Source of the DNA: Tricharina praecox | Lineage: Eukaryota | Length of the DNA stretch: 64,000 nucleotides | Assembly: GCF_024521635.1 (NCBI RefSeq) | Contig: NW_026250406.1 | Location: 1 to 64,000 of the forward strand | Direction of reading: 5' to 3' | Shown here: positions 38,401-51,179 of the stretch, one piece after another | Layout: each line of letters begins with the position of its first letter | How positions within the stretch are numbered: the stretch's first letter is position 1 | Notes under the pieces: model-generated | What the model was told of the DNA's origin: nothing | Seen by the model: only the letters and a program-made list of their open reading frames with translations | Databases searched by the model: none | Made by a program: the position numbers and the translations under genes

Positions 38401-38430
38401 CCATAGATCAAGTCTCCAGAAGTCCGGCAT
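32464..38430 (-). CDS. SesB-like alpha/beta-hydrolase - linker - NACHT - WD40 NLR-like protein, gene B
   Basis: Multi-exon model that stays in frame: N-terminal TLRIRSIP..FLGTPSL, VFAVAGLAG, MWLRE, RVLTFGYD, RPVIFIGHSLGRLVIKQ|AL, FFFGVP (SesB/PGAP1-like). Introns 36964-37021 and 36813-36870 link it to the linker, and two more introns link to NACHT (WLNGMAGTGKSTIARTVA, LVIDALDEC). Intron 34612-34840 precedes 13 WD40 repeats; stop at 32464. The fusion is inferred from splice signals only. Confidence 0.85.
32815..34390 (-). repeat. 126-bp WD40 tandem array (13 units, last one degenerate)
   Basis: Same nucleotide unit as 18153-19845, on the opposite strand. Confidence 0.97.
36769..37070 (-). repeat. 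151-bp tandem duplication comprising one 93-nt exon and one 58-nt intron
   Basis: gaggctactgcctcgatat..aaatcaccgttag.cgccgtca.gatctttgatatcgggaatgcatgctgaccacca is present at 36769 and 36920. Confidence 0.9.
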
Positions 38431-40341
38431 CGGTACGAAGTGTAGTCGCGCAGGTTTCGAAGCAGAAACTGCAACAGTCGTAGGGAACGTCGCGGAGGGC
38501 GGCAGAAATGGATGCGAAGAAAGCGAGGGCGAACACGGTTAACCGACGCAGTCCCTAAGACAACGCACTCCTCTTCCATGGAGCCTAGTGGCCAGCCAAC
38601 CACTTTAACAGACAGTTGCTATCAATGATTGGCCCATTCGCCAGGATCCGCATGCAGCATCGCATGGTTTGTAGCGAACCGTAGCTGACCGGCCATGTGA
38701 TAAACACAGCGAACGGTCACGCGGAAAGTAACGAGGGGGATCAAACGGTGACGATTCTAACTGCCCCTTGGTGATGTACGCCGGGGGCGGAGTTGAATAA
38801 AGATGAGGAAGATTTAGAGGTTGAGGTTCCAACTACGGCTGAGGATCCATCTCATGGTTGAGACCTTGTGTTTGGGAGGACAGACCTTGTTGGGAGCAGG
38901 GGGACCAGGCCGAACGCATGCGTTATGAACCCGGGACCCGCTGCAGACCCGATGCGGTCGTTGAACGTTGAACTGTGTCTTCCGTCACTATTTCTGTTCT
39001 TCCTGTTCATCTCGCTTTTCATCCCATCATCATCACCATCACAAACCTCGTTTATGATTGATCACAGTTTCGTTTTATGTCTCTCCGTATCTAATCCACC
39101 ATCTGCGCAATATCCTATCAATCTTATCGCATCTTATCGGATCGGATCTCTGTGGGTGGTAGACAAAACACAGGTTTCCTTCTGACGGACGCATCTAGCT
39201 ATCCTAAGTTCTAACACAATTGCAAACACGGAGGGCGGAAAGATGCTCCTGCTGGGCTAGAATGTTTGTATCAGTGCCCCTTCAGATGGAGGGACGGCGG
39301 AGGCGAAAAATGTCGGTCCGGCCATCACGTACAACAGGGGCAAGGCGATATGTAAAACTTGCTACGGAGGAAAAAGCGCAGCTGAGTACCTATCGCTTTC
39401 GCGTTTCCGGAATCTACATATCTACAGGAAGACACGTCATCCGTCTACCACGAGGCGAAACGGGTTGCTGCGGAGCTTTCTTGGCCCCCGTTAGTAGGGA
39501 AGTCGATGGTGATATGACAGTCATCCCATGTCGGGCTACGCGTTGTCACGTGTTGCGGCTGAACAGCAATGTCGTCACGGGAATTCTGTCCTTCCAACCC
39601 TGGAAGGTGGTGGCGTTGCGGCTGGTGGTGAAGCCACACCTTAGCCACGGATCTAATCGGATCATCTGCTCGGACTGGGACATACTTTCCGGTAGCCTGA
39701 GTAGTAGTGAGAGTCCGTGCGATGTGATTGTCCACCACATAGGGAGGGTTCTCTAGATGAAGTCTCTAGTTGATGTGAACCAACGATACGTAGCAGCCGA
39801 TCGGATTATTGCGCAGCAGACATGCCGCTAATCGAGACGTCGGCCGGAGGTGACGTCTTGCGCAGCTTCCCGTCCCAAGATTTGGCTTTGATGCGGTCCC
39901 GGAGAAGCTGTAACCAGCGTGGCATTCCGGTCTGCGTTGACGTGTTGAGGCCATGGAGCGAATGGAAGGAATGCTCACTATCCGACATATTCTCAGAATT
40001 CTCCTCTCGGTAAGAATTGTCGGTGAAGGAATCCTGTCGATTGTCCTCGAACACTAGAACTGGACATCACTGTGAATCGGTCTCGCTAGATCACTGTCGA
40101 TCTTGACGTCTAAGGTCTATCCGAATACGCTGGACGGAGGGTCGAGTGTGGCGCGTGTTTCACGGATATCACCGCAATATGGGAAACGTATGCTTCAACG
40201 ATACCATGACATACATCGCATACATTATCCTGCCGACTGTTTACATTCAATGACTATCGACAAGCAACACTTCCCCCCCCCGTTTTCTCCGTTTCTCCCC
40301 CTTCCCCGCCCCGCCGCCCCCCTCGATCCCTCGATCCCAAC

Positions 40342-40716
40342 CTAATTGTAAGAGCAACTAACCCCATTAATAGCGCCGGTCGGATTACTCGCGAGCCAAA
40401 TCGCGTCCTCGACGCAACCCGCCTTGAGCAGGCTAGACGCGGAGAACGTTGCGCGACCCGTGCCGTCGGGGAAGTCGAAGCCCCAGTTCGTGATGGTGCC
40501 GCACTGGCCGCGTAGGTTGTCGAGGAACCCTTGGCCCCAGTCGTCGACCCAGCTTCCCGACGCGCGGACGACAAAGTCGAGAAGAAACATCGATGCGGAC
40601 GAGTCCGTGTATACGCAGCTGGCGCTGTTGCTGGCGCGCGCGGCCAGCGAGCCGGGTGGTGGCGCGGCAGAGGCCAGCGTGATGAGGGCGGCAGAAGCGA
40701 GGGTGAGGAGACGCAT
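40342..40716 (-). CDS. Small secreted protein (124 aa, 4 Cys), effector-like
   Basis: Signal peptide MRLLTLASAALITLASA, propeptide-like LAAR, GC3-rich codons, TATAAAA about 135 bp upstream (plus-strand ttttata near 40846-40852). Confidence 0.85.
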   Translation of the reverse strand: MRLLTLASAALITLASAAPPPGSLAARASNSASCVYTDSSASMFLLDFVVRASGSWVDDWGQGFLDNLRGQCGTITNWGFDFPDGTGRATFSASSLLKAGCVEDAIWLASNPTGAINGVSCSYN

Positions 40717-43253
40717 GGTTCAGAGGGTTCGCGGTGGTGGAGGTGGTGCTGATGAAGGTCCTGGTGGAGGTGGGATGCGGGTGTCCTTGGTTCGAGGAGG
40801 TCTGCGGTGATGATCCGTGAGGAGAGGGAGCCAGCACCACGAGGTTTTTATAGACCTTTCTTTCGGTTCGGCGTTGTCGGCGCCGTCCGTCGGCGCCAAC
40901 AGAGCGGTGCAGATCCATCCAAATATCCGCTCACTCCCGGGTTTTCCGTTCCTAGTGGGTCAATGGCATAGCTCGACGATCACCGTTCCTCCGCAGATAC
41001 CTACAGCGAGGGCAGATGGCCAGCGAGTTCGCTGTAATCCCCCCGATCCACATGAAGCTGCACGACGGATCATCGATATGTCTGGAACACTACACCGAGA
41101 TCCGACAGTGCTCCAGCGCGGTCTCGGCGGGCTCCGGTCCACTTCTGATGCTGCGAATTCAACATTTTGATTTCGTGTTGGAACCGAGCGAATCGATCAA
41201 TCGGCCATTCCGACACTGGAGGGCGTAACCCGCTGTCAAGCCCGAATGCATGAAGCTCGGCGAAGCCCAGCGAAGGTCTGCGACGTCGAAACGAGGCGAA
41301 CCTGGCAGCACCGGCTGGCATCCGTCTGTTACATATTACCGCCAGCTATTACCGTTACTTATTACCTGCTGTCCTGCAGGAACCCCTGCGTACACACGTC
41401 AGTCGTGAAAAGTACATCCTCCCGAGTCCCGGCAAACTTATCGCAGGTCTGGAAGCTTACCGCCGTGTGCCGAATCTCACAGCCGACCACCGAAGCTTCG
41501 CCTTGCCTAAACGGGTACATAGACTAGATTGGCGACGCAGGAACCGGAATAACGTTTGCGCCTACCCTTGCCAAGTGCCACTGACGTGGTGTCGACCGGG
41601 GAATTGCTAGTCAGGAATAAGAGCGATGAGTTGGGAGTGGGAGTGCTGACTGTTCGGTGACCGGTCGGCAGAGGTTGCCGGGCGGTGCCGGGCGGTGAGG
41701 AATTGTTGGTCCGAGCGGTTCGCTTAGGCGTTGGACGAAGCGACGCGCACCGCTTCTCGATCATCACCTCATCCGTAGCGTACCGGTACCACTCCGCCGT
41801 TGTGCGATTCATCTCCGCCGTTGGCAGATCTCACCCGCGGAACTCATCACGCGTGTGGAGTAGGCACCCGTATGATTGCATGCGGCAGCTACGGAGAGAC
41901 AATTGAGGGTTTGCGGTCGGTGGCTCTTGCTTTTTTGTTTATGGGGGAGCCGGGGGTTGGGCGGTACCACGTGACGTAAAGATCTAATCGTTCCGATTAG
42001 CTCAGTCACCGCTCGCACTTCCTGTCTGCGCGAAGAGATCCGTTTTCTCTCTCCGAGTAAGGTGAGAGATGAAATAATTATCGCGCTGAGCGGTAACGCT
42101 CCAACTTACTCTTGTAATGAACTCCGCGGGGCCGAGACCTCCTCCGCGGCTAGCAACCGCGTGATACACTAAGTGCTAGTTGGTTGCTTCAAGACGAAAG
42201 TGGACGAGGAACGAAACTATGATGATGATGATGAGGATGATGATAACAACACTAGGCGAGTAAGCTGCAACAGAAATCGTCGCAGCAAATGCAAATAAAC
42301 ACTGAACGACCGCATCGGGTCTCTGACATCAGTGTTACCCCCAACAAAGCTGGTCCCACCCAGATCCCGACAAAGTCCCGCTGCTTCCGCGCTCATTGCG
42401 TAAACCTAGTAGGCGCCCTGGTGTGTCACGTGTGTGCGCAACAACGGCTCCAAGAGTCCAATGCTGCTAGCGTCCGTCGGTCGAGACCAGGAGCGGAGCA
42501 TCACTGGTGCCGCAGCAAGCAGCGGCTTCCTCGGCAACGGGGACACGGACGAGTGTGTACGGCGAAGACTGCCATTCACGAAGCCGGGCATTGCACAGCT
42601 CGAAACGATCAGTGCACCACGCGTTTTCTCGCGTGTCACGACCCGATGCGGGAGCGACAGTGGCAGTAGACCCCCAGCGCGCGTGCGGACTGTCATCTTA
42701 CGGCATCTGGAGCACCTGGAGGATCTGTCCTCATGTCCGTTGTAAGGCGCTGGTGAAGTTACAAGGAGCACTGTTTTGATGGGGTCACGGACTCGGTCAT
42801 GCGAACTTTATTATGAGTAGGAGATATGTTCTTCTGTCTAGTCTCGCCGGCGGGGCGATCTCCCAATGGCCGCCGTATTCTATGAACACAGAAGCGCACC
42901 GGCCCAGAGTACAAGAAGACGTAAGCAGCAGAACAGTTATGTCTTCGTACCTGTCGTCCTGTCGATCTCCGTATTCTTGACAGGAACCTCCCGGGGCGCA
43001 GGTGGCACTCGTCGCGGACAAGGAGATACGGCGTGTTTCGGAACCAGATGTGAGGGTGCGACGGCATTACGGGTGATTCGCAGGCCGCGAACCAAAATAC
43101 GGTACTCGGCTCGTCCGCCGTGCCGAAGACGGAAACAGACATCCTAATGCGAGGTATGCCAACATCCGATGCTACGCAGACCCTTTTCCTTCGATAGCTC
43201 GACCCTCCGAACCATCGACAACTTCGTAACAGGACATAGCGACTCATCCCGCA

Positions 43254-43545
43254 CAGTGTTCTACATAGTCCGATCGGGACTGCAGTCTGGACCGGACGGT
43301 CTGCCAAGATCTGTTCCGGTCCGCCCTAGGGTACAAGTAATGCGGCAATGTTACATTTACACTCAATGGCCACGAGTTAAACGTAGTGCTCTAATCCGGC
43401 CTTAATAGGCTCCAATCTGACAATATTCCGGCTCTACTCCAGCCATATTCCGGCCATACTCCGGCTATAATCCGCCTATACTCCGACCATATTCCGGCCA
43501 TATTCCGGCCATAATAGGGCTCTACTCCGGCAATAATATGGCACA
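43254..43545. mobile_element. Left end of an hAT-like element with subterminal short repeats
   Basis: CAGTGTTCTACATAG TIR at 43254; about ten degenerate (T/A)TTCCGGCCAT-like units at 43425-43540. Partner TIR not found. Confidence 0.55.
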
Positions 43546-44400
43546 GTTGATCAACTGGCATTGATAATATTTGGCTTTTAGGAGCTCATATGGCTGATAT
43601 ACGAGCGGGAACTGCTGCTTGAGAATTCTGTGGTTCTAGCTACTGCTGCTCGCCCGATATATCTTCCCCTCCCAGCATACGCAAACTGAACCCCGCTCTC
43701 CCCACTCCCCTCCCCGCTCCCACCGCTCTTCCTACTTTTCCCGCTCTCCGGCCTTCACCCAGTTACCTTAGCACATATTTACCGGTGATGACAGTGAGGT
43801 ATCCGCAGCGAGCTAGGTCTAGAAGCGCAATACATACCGACTGTAGGAAGACCAGAGACAAAGCGCGAAGGATAGCGAAGGGGAATACCGTGTGGTGGAG
43901 TGACGGAGAAGGAGGGCTCGGCGAGAGAAGGAATTGATGGAGTAGCTGCCGGCGGGAGGTGGGGCTGTTAGCAAGATGATGAGTGAGAAGAGGAGCTGTC
44001 AGTAAGAAGAGAAATTGCGAGCAAGAGGATAAGCGAGGGGAAGAAGTGATAGAGGAGCGGTCATGGAGAGGAGGAGAGGTGTGAGGAGTTGTCAGCGAGG
44101 GAGGCCAGTGATGGAGAAGCTGTTGGCGAGATGAGAAGAGTGGGGGAGGAGAGGAAGGGCTGTGGCGAGATGAGGAAGTGATGGAAGGGCTGTGGCCAGA
44201 TGAGGACAGGAGTAGCTGTTAAAGAGAAGGAGGAAAGGAGGATCTGTTGGTGAGGGAAGGATGTGATGGAGGAGTTGTCAGCGAGGCACCTGGGGGAGGT
44301 TGTCGGATGTCATGGAAGAGTTGTCAGCGAGATGAGGAAGTGATGGAATAGCTGTCAGTGAAGCACCGGGGGGAGGAAGAGCTGTTGGCGAGATGAGAAA

Positions 44401-44479
44401 GTGATGGATGAGGAAGTGATGGATGAGGAAGTGATGGATGAGAAAGTGATGGATGAGGAAGTGATCGAGGAGGAAGTGA
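44401..44479. repeat. 15-bp tandem repeat (GTGATGGATGAGGAA x5) inside a purine-rich low-complexity tract (about 43880-44560)
   Basis: Directly visible. Confidence 0.85.
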
Positions 44480-44969
44480 AGGATGGGGAAGAAATGTAAA
44501 AGCTGTGGGTACCGGTGGGAGGATGACATAGTGATAGAGGAGACGTTGGCGGAAGGAAGCGAATGTGGTTAGTAGTAGGAATCAACGTTGATGGGCATGG
44601 TGGTTCGGCCGAATAAGGAGGAAATGCTCCATTTATAAGTCGAAGGCTATTCACTCGAGCTGGAAGCCTAATGAGCGGTAAGGTATCGTTCTACCAACGG
44701 ATGGCCGAAGAGAGTGGTGGAGCGACGTTGCATTTACTGACAATCGCCAGTTTACACCACAACGCCAAATCAGGGTTCTGTCCATTAAACACATTGAGTA
44801 TCGACAGCCAAATTGAGTGTAAAAGACCAATTTGACTATTGTAAACTGGCCGCAGTTACTTACAACCGCCGATTGACTCGGCTTCGCCCAAATAAAAGTT
44901 ACAACTTATCAAAACATGGTGATTTATGGGCAGAGGCCTGAATTGCCATTGCGATTGAGCTGCACTTTG

Positions 44970-46620
44970 TGTGACACCCCGACAGACTCTGGGGTAGTCA
45001 CAGCAAGAGCGGTTCGTTCCAAAGGGATCCGAACACAGGAATAGAGACTTATAGCATAGAGACAAGTTAGGTAGGAGTGAGCAAACAAGATTGTAACGGC
45101 ACGGTTGGGCTCGGCTCCAGTTAGCGAAGACGGGTGGACGGTTAGACAGGAACTGGGTTGGGCGAGGACGAGACGAGCCGGAAGGACGAGCCAAGACGGG
45201 ACTCAGTGCAGACGGCAACTGAGAATCAAGGGTGAAGATAGGAACTACGGTGCAGATGGCAGCCGAGGCAAGGACAGAGGTAACAGTGGTTGAATTGCCA
45301 AGTGGTTGCGTGAAGAACTAAGTACAGAGGGGCAACGGCCATTTATTTGGAAATCCTCCACTTCTTGCCGCAACCTGACAATGACCGTGGGCGTGTGCCA
45401 GACCCTGAGAAATCCACCTTGCCAGTACCCCGCTTCTGTGACTGGTACCCTGCGCAGCCACCCCACCCCTGCTTCCTGCGCACAGCCCCAATCATCTGTG
45501 ACGCATTCCTGCGCTACCCCTGCTGCCTGCACACAGCCCCACTCCTATGCAAGACAACCTTGCGCTGTCGGTGCACTGCCTCCCAAATCTTCTGATCCTT
45601 GCTACGACCCCTCCTTCGTCATTTCATTGCGAGTCGTGACAGCGATCGAGAGGCTAGACAGCGATTGGGGATGAAGGCGATGCACAGTCAAACCCTGAGA
45701 CGGCCGAGAGCGCCCGAGGCAGGGCATCATAAAACCCCGTAGCGAGACACGCCGATCATCGAACCTGTCATAACCCGCAATTTCCAATGTATTGACAAAT
45801 GGAACCCTGTATTACCGGGCCGGTTATCAGTGCCGACATGAAGATATGTACTGCTTGTAACGGCACGGTCGAGCAAGAATCCAGGTACCTAAGCCGGGCG
45901 GGGGATTGGATACTGGGTTCGGCAGAAACAACAAGGGTTCGGAGGACAAGGCAAGGCAGGGCTCAGTGCAGACAGCAACTGAGAACAGAGGCAGGGTGTG
46001 ACACCCTGGTCGCAGTCGGCCCGACTTCAGGGTCCGGCTTCTTACCAACGGAAGTTCGGGAAAAATAGTTAGATAGACCGGGGAGCAGGAGGAAACCTTT
46101 AGATTAGTCGTAGCTAGTCAGAGACGAGATGGGAAGGAAGGAAGCAAACGGGACCAGAGTCTAGGTGGGATCAGAGGCGCAGCGATACGCACGAAAAGTC
46201 CGATACAGTCATGCTTGACTTGAGACAGGCGAATCTCGAAACAAGCGCAGAGAAAACTCTGATCGGCGACAAACCACTATGACGAGTGTTGCCCCTCTTC
46301 TCGCGTCTTAAGCAAATAAGAGCCGTGCCGAAAGGCGCAGCCGTTGCCCAGCGAAGAGATAGCTGAAACCGGACTATGCTCGGGTAAGGATTGGTGCGCC
46401 ATACCTGCCTAGTTTGTATAAACTATCCTTAATGCTTGCAACGACTCTGATGATGTGACACCCCGATAGGTATCGGAGGTCACGACGGTCGCATGAAATG
46501 TGATTGAATAGTCCGGGTGATTAGAATAGAGTTGCGAGCCGAAAGGACAGTTAGAAGCGATCAAGGACAAGATAGGAAGGAGGGAGCAAACGGATTCTAG
46601 AGTCTAGACAGTGATCGGAG
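44970..46620. mobile_element. Nest of degenerate LTR-like fragments
   Basis: Repeated LTR-type starts TGTAACGGCACGG (45092, 45856; both followed by ctcagtgcagac.gcaactgagaa) and TGTGACACCC (44970, 45997, 46454); an RT fragment is adjacent. Ends and TSDs not resolved. Confidence 0.55.
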
Positions 46621-47142
46621 ATGCGGGAGATCGGGATAACAGTCCAGAGGACTTTGAGATCTCCGTTCATAGGGCCCCGCAGTAGGAACTCCGATCCAGG
46701 GAAAAACTGTTATGACGAGAGAATCGAACATCGACCGATGGGGGCAGACAACTTCGAGTGAAGAACTCTGCCGGCGCATGAGGGAGATAATTGCTCGGAA
46801 ACTCCGATCTATCTTGGGCGCGTGGTGCTTACCACCTGCCTAGTCGAGAAGACTATCCGAAGAGAGCTGACGACGACTCGAGGCTAGGCCGTGGAACCCC
46901 GATGCAAAGGAAGCGACGCAGCTACGTTAGGCCGCATTCTAGAGGAATCACGTGCTGAGGATCGGAACGACTATAAGTCGAACCGAGCGGGCAACCGAAC
47001 CAAACCACAATCACCGCACCGAACAAACCATCGAAGAAACACCCTTAAGATTATTCCGTTGTGAATTATCGAAATCCCTGACTTTTATTCTACACTCGAT
47101 ATTACCATAGACTCCGACGACACAAACTCGTTCCAGTCTCAC

Positions 47143-47436
47143 AGGTACCCACTCCCACTCTTCCAAGAAACCCTGATGCGGCTATCAGGGGCGAAATACT
47201 TCACCCTGGATATCCGCTGTGCCTACAACCTTGTACGGATGACGGAAGGAGAAGAGTGGAAAACAGCCTTCCGGACACGCTATGGGCTTTTTGAATCTCT
47301 TGTCCTGCCCTTCGGCCTCACCAACACCCCTGCGTACTTCCAAGCTCTGATCAACGATGTGCTACGCCCGTTCCTTGACAGCTTCTGCACCGAATTCATC
47401 GATGACGTCTTTACGAACTCCTTGTTGTCCAAGTAG
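47143..47436 (+). mobile_element. Ty3/gypsy reverse transcriptase fragment
   Basis: [69 protein letters not shown]; truncated on both sides. Confidence 0.92.
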
Positions 47437-47829
47437 CTACTCAAGGCAATGATTTCTGAACTTCGACAGATACCTACTGTACAGAGTGGAACTCAGGGCA
47501 GAACTCAAGGGCAGTGAATACTCCCACAAGTATTATTTCTTTGGTATAGTGCTGTGATGTTTACAAATTATTCCACCACAAGTCCGGTTGTTCACTTATA
47601 TGTTGATAATGATATCCTCCTCCATCACATATCACGCAATATATTCTACATCACTGATTATCACGCAGCACACAGCGCGTCATGAACTGTCACCATGATG
47701 TGTAGTCACTCTGTATTACTCGCCTGCTTTGACCTATCCACCAATTGTGGCCATGGGAATTGAGCGGATTGACACAGGAGGACAACGTCCTCTATTTTCA
47801 TACATAGGAGAATATCTTTGGTCATACAA

Positions 47830-48830
47830 TGTTCTCTGTCGGACCGCTATTTGATAGAGCTCTCGGGCTAGGGGATGATCAAATCGCAGTTTTGGTGGTA
47901 CTACAGGCGCTGCTCAGCGAATTTAGATCGTTTGGCAACCGGATTACGACTACATCTGCGTCCGCACGTACGGGAACCTTTTCTGTCATAGAAAGTTCTC
48001 TGTGGGACCGCTATTTGATGGCGCTGTCGGGCTGGGGGATTCCCAAATCGCCGTTTTGGTGGTACTGGAGGCCACCGCTCCCCGAGTTTGCAACCGGTTG
48101 GCACGGGACCGCAACGCCATGCATTCGCACGCGTATTAAAATCTTTTCTGTCATAAATTTCTTTGTCAAAACAGTATTGGAGGTGCTCCTGGGCTGGGGA
48201 TGCCCAAATCGCTGTTTTGGTGGTACTGGAGGGCGCCGCTACGGGCGTTCAGTCCTGCGACCTAGTCTCGCTGGGTGACGGGAGTACTCACCACAGTCGT
48301 GTGGCCTCGTACATCACCCTCAACTTCTCGCTCACAGGTGTGAGCGGTCTGCCACAGTCGTGTGGTCTCGTCTCGCTCGGTGGTGGGAGTGCTCTACCCC
48401 GGCCTGCGTCCTTGTAGTCCACCCCCAACGTCTCCCTCAGTGGCCGAGCAGTAAACCTTGCCAGACCCAGCGAATGATACGCCCAGTGCAATGAGCATAT
48501 CTTGAGGGTCCCAACGAGTGTCTGTTTGAGACAAACAGGTGAATACTGACTGCGATATAGCAGTATTTGAGGGTGCTCCTGGGCTGTAGAGAACTGCCGC
48601 GGAGCAACCAGATCGCCTACGGCTGAACAGTAAACGTCGTCAGACCCAGAGGACGATCAGCCGAGTTCAATATGCATACCTTGGGGGTCCCAACGGGTGT
48701 CTAATCGAGAGAAACAGGTGGATACTGACTGCGATATAGCAGTTTTTGGTACTGCTGGGCTGCGGAGCACCTAGATCGCCTACGGCCGACCAGTAAACTG
48801 CGTCAGACCCAGAGAACCATAAGCCGAGTG
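47830..48830. repeat. Degenerate tandem repeats (two unit types, about 150-180 bp)
   Basis: gggct.gggg..caaatcgc.gttttggtggtact x3 (47865-48230); cagaccca..gggtcccaacg.gtgtct..aaacaggtg.atactgactgcgatatagcagt x2 (48460-48810). Confidence 0.7.
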
Positions 48831-50324
48831 GGATTTGTTTCATCCGCAGCGAAAGCGGCCGGCAGGACAACGATGACCGGAAATGTAGTTATCAACTGTG
48901 TGGTGGCTGATTGCCGGATGAGCTGCCCGCTGCAGGCCTGGGAGTCGTCCGTCTAGTCCGTCCTGGGATATGCCCCGGACCGAACCAAATTTGTCGAGCC
49001 CGGATTCTCAAGGACCGTGGGGCTCCCGGCAAGCCAGAGGAGGACTGGTGTCCTATTGGGGTCCGGAAAGTTTGCAGTTAGTAATACTACTCGTTGGCGG
49101 TGGCGCAGCAGGCTGCCACTGTTTCTGTGCCGGCGGCTCACTTCACTTTACCGTTCGTCACCAATCCTCATGGTACCTGGGGATACATACTACAGTGGCT
49201 CGTGCGGATACGATGTGGAATTGATACGGTGCCTTACGGTGTGTTGGGAGAATTCATCACTGTACAACTGGTAGTCAGCCAACTTCCGCAGTGAAGATTC
49301 CCGGGCACCGGGCTTTTAGTCCCGGGGACTGGACTGCTCTAACCCGGCAAATCCTCACTCTGGACGTTGTACGAAGCGGACATACCGCTCATCATTTCCG
49401 CAACCGATGTTTTTTTACTAGTTGTCTGAGGACCTCGTGGGTCAGTACGGCTTCGGCGAGCACCCGGATCCACTCCGGGATTGACCGACAATTTTCCTGC
49501 TTCGACATGTCTGGATTGGTTGTTTTCTTGGTGTCATTGCCCGTACAGCTATGGCAACGGTGTGATGCATAGGTTTTACATCACTATTCGCCCAGCGACG
49601 GACGAGCAAGAGAAATGTCACTACGTAGGTGGCGTTTTGTCTTTACTTGATGATTCGGGTCTGTTCTTTACCCCCGAGAGGTATGCACGACGGTGGCTCT
49701 GGTTTACAGGTTAATTGGAAAGTTGTTGTCGGGCGGATGGCCACTGTCTCATGTTTTACATGTTTTGCGGAGAGTAGTAATACATCATATATGCGCTCAA
49801 TCAGTGTATTTTTGTTTAATTATTGATATTCTAAGTATGCATGGCCCTCCTCTCAATTCCCGGTGCCTGAGCTTCGACGGATGCTCGCATCCTCACGCCG
49901 ATTATCTGATTATCACTGCTCCATCCTTTCATCTAGCCCTAGTCGCGACTCCCGGCGCGGGATCACCGACAGATTCTCTCTCTCGTTCTCTTTTTTCCCT
50001 TCCGTCCGCATCATGAGCTGCAGCCTAATTATTTACCTTCCACAGTCCTAAGCTGCAGATTCCCGACCGCAAATTAGGGCTAGGCGATTGTGTTATCGAA
50101 GCTCGGGAGGAATTGAAGTCTATGAGGCATAATATGTCGTTACATTTTACACTCATATTTTTCCATGGAAAACCTATATGCTTCAGAGATGTCGCATGCT
50201 GGACTAGGGCAAACACACGAAAATCACTGAAATTCATTTCGTCTATAAGGAACAAACAAATCCAAGCAGAACCATATTCAACAGAACTCAAACTCAAACA
50301 CACCACAAGCCGAAACTTCGACAA

Positions 50325-51179
50325 CTACCCCACAATCAGGCACCGGACCTCGATGCTCTCCCTTCCTCTTGCCCCCTCGCGAGTACTGGGGTGCTCAAAC
50401 GCAGAATGCGGAACCCTCCTCCGCGAACCGTCTTTCCCAACATGCGAATCAAAGCACTTGATCAAGGTGACCTCGTCGTCCTTCTGCCCGCTGACATACC
50501 ACCACTTCTGCGCCTCTTTGTGCGTCACTCCTGCCGTCTCTCCCTCGTAATGCGGGTACTTATGCGCCACTGCCACCAAGTCGTCATCCGCCACCGTCGA
50601 AGAATCCGCGAAGGCCAGTGGGTGGCTGACGACAACGCCGTTGATCGGCCGCCAGACATTTATGATCTGATACCGAGTACCATTCCTGATCAGTTCATCT
50701 GCGCGATCGGGGAAATGGTGCCGGAGCCGAGCATCGCCGGACTTGGTTGTCTGGTCGATATGGGTCACCTGCACTGGTCCCCTAAGAGCGTTGAGGGTGT
50801 TCCGCCGGACGGTATGATCGAATATGAAGATCTCCTTAACGTCGGAAACGTGCTTGCGAACGATGTCCTTGATTTCGGAGTAGTAAACGGTCTCGATCTT
50901 CTGGTCGTCTGCAAAATCGTTGTACTTGAGGGATGTAGGGATGGTGTGGAAACTGAAGGCTTCCTTGTCGAGCGAGAGCGAGGATTCATTGCCACGAAGA
51001 TCGTGAATCGTGACTGGAAGGGGCTCGCTGCCGTAGTTCTTCGTGATTGACTCGCTACCGATGATGTTGTAGGGGCGACTGCCGTCGGCCGGCGGGGTAT
51101 AGAAGTTGAGGTTGGCGACGACGTCGCCCGACGGAACCCACTCGGTCTCGGTTGCGGTGATGGTAGCGGTGGTGGACAT
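50325..51179 (-). CDS. AsaB/CmcJ/NvfI-family oxygenase-like protein
   Basis: Intact 284-aa ORF with IHDLRG, FDHTVR, HIDQT, RYQIINVWRPI..PLAFAD, WWYVS..EVTLIKCFDS, PHSAF, RESIEVR. Confidence 0.9.
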   Translation of the reverse strand: MSTTATITATETEWVPSGDVVANLNFYTPPADGSRPYNIIGSESITKNYGSEPLPVTIHDLRGNESSLSLDKEAFSFHTIPTSLKYNDFADDQKIETVYYSEIKDIVRKHVSDVKEIFIFDHTVRRNTLNALRGPVQVTHIDQTTKSGDARLRHHFPDRADELIRNGTRYQIINVWRPINGVVVSHPLAFADSSTVADDDLVAVAHKYPHYEGETAGVTHKEAQKWWYVSGQKDDEVTLIKCFDSHVGKDGSRRRVPHSAFEHPSTREGARGRESIEVRCLIVG

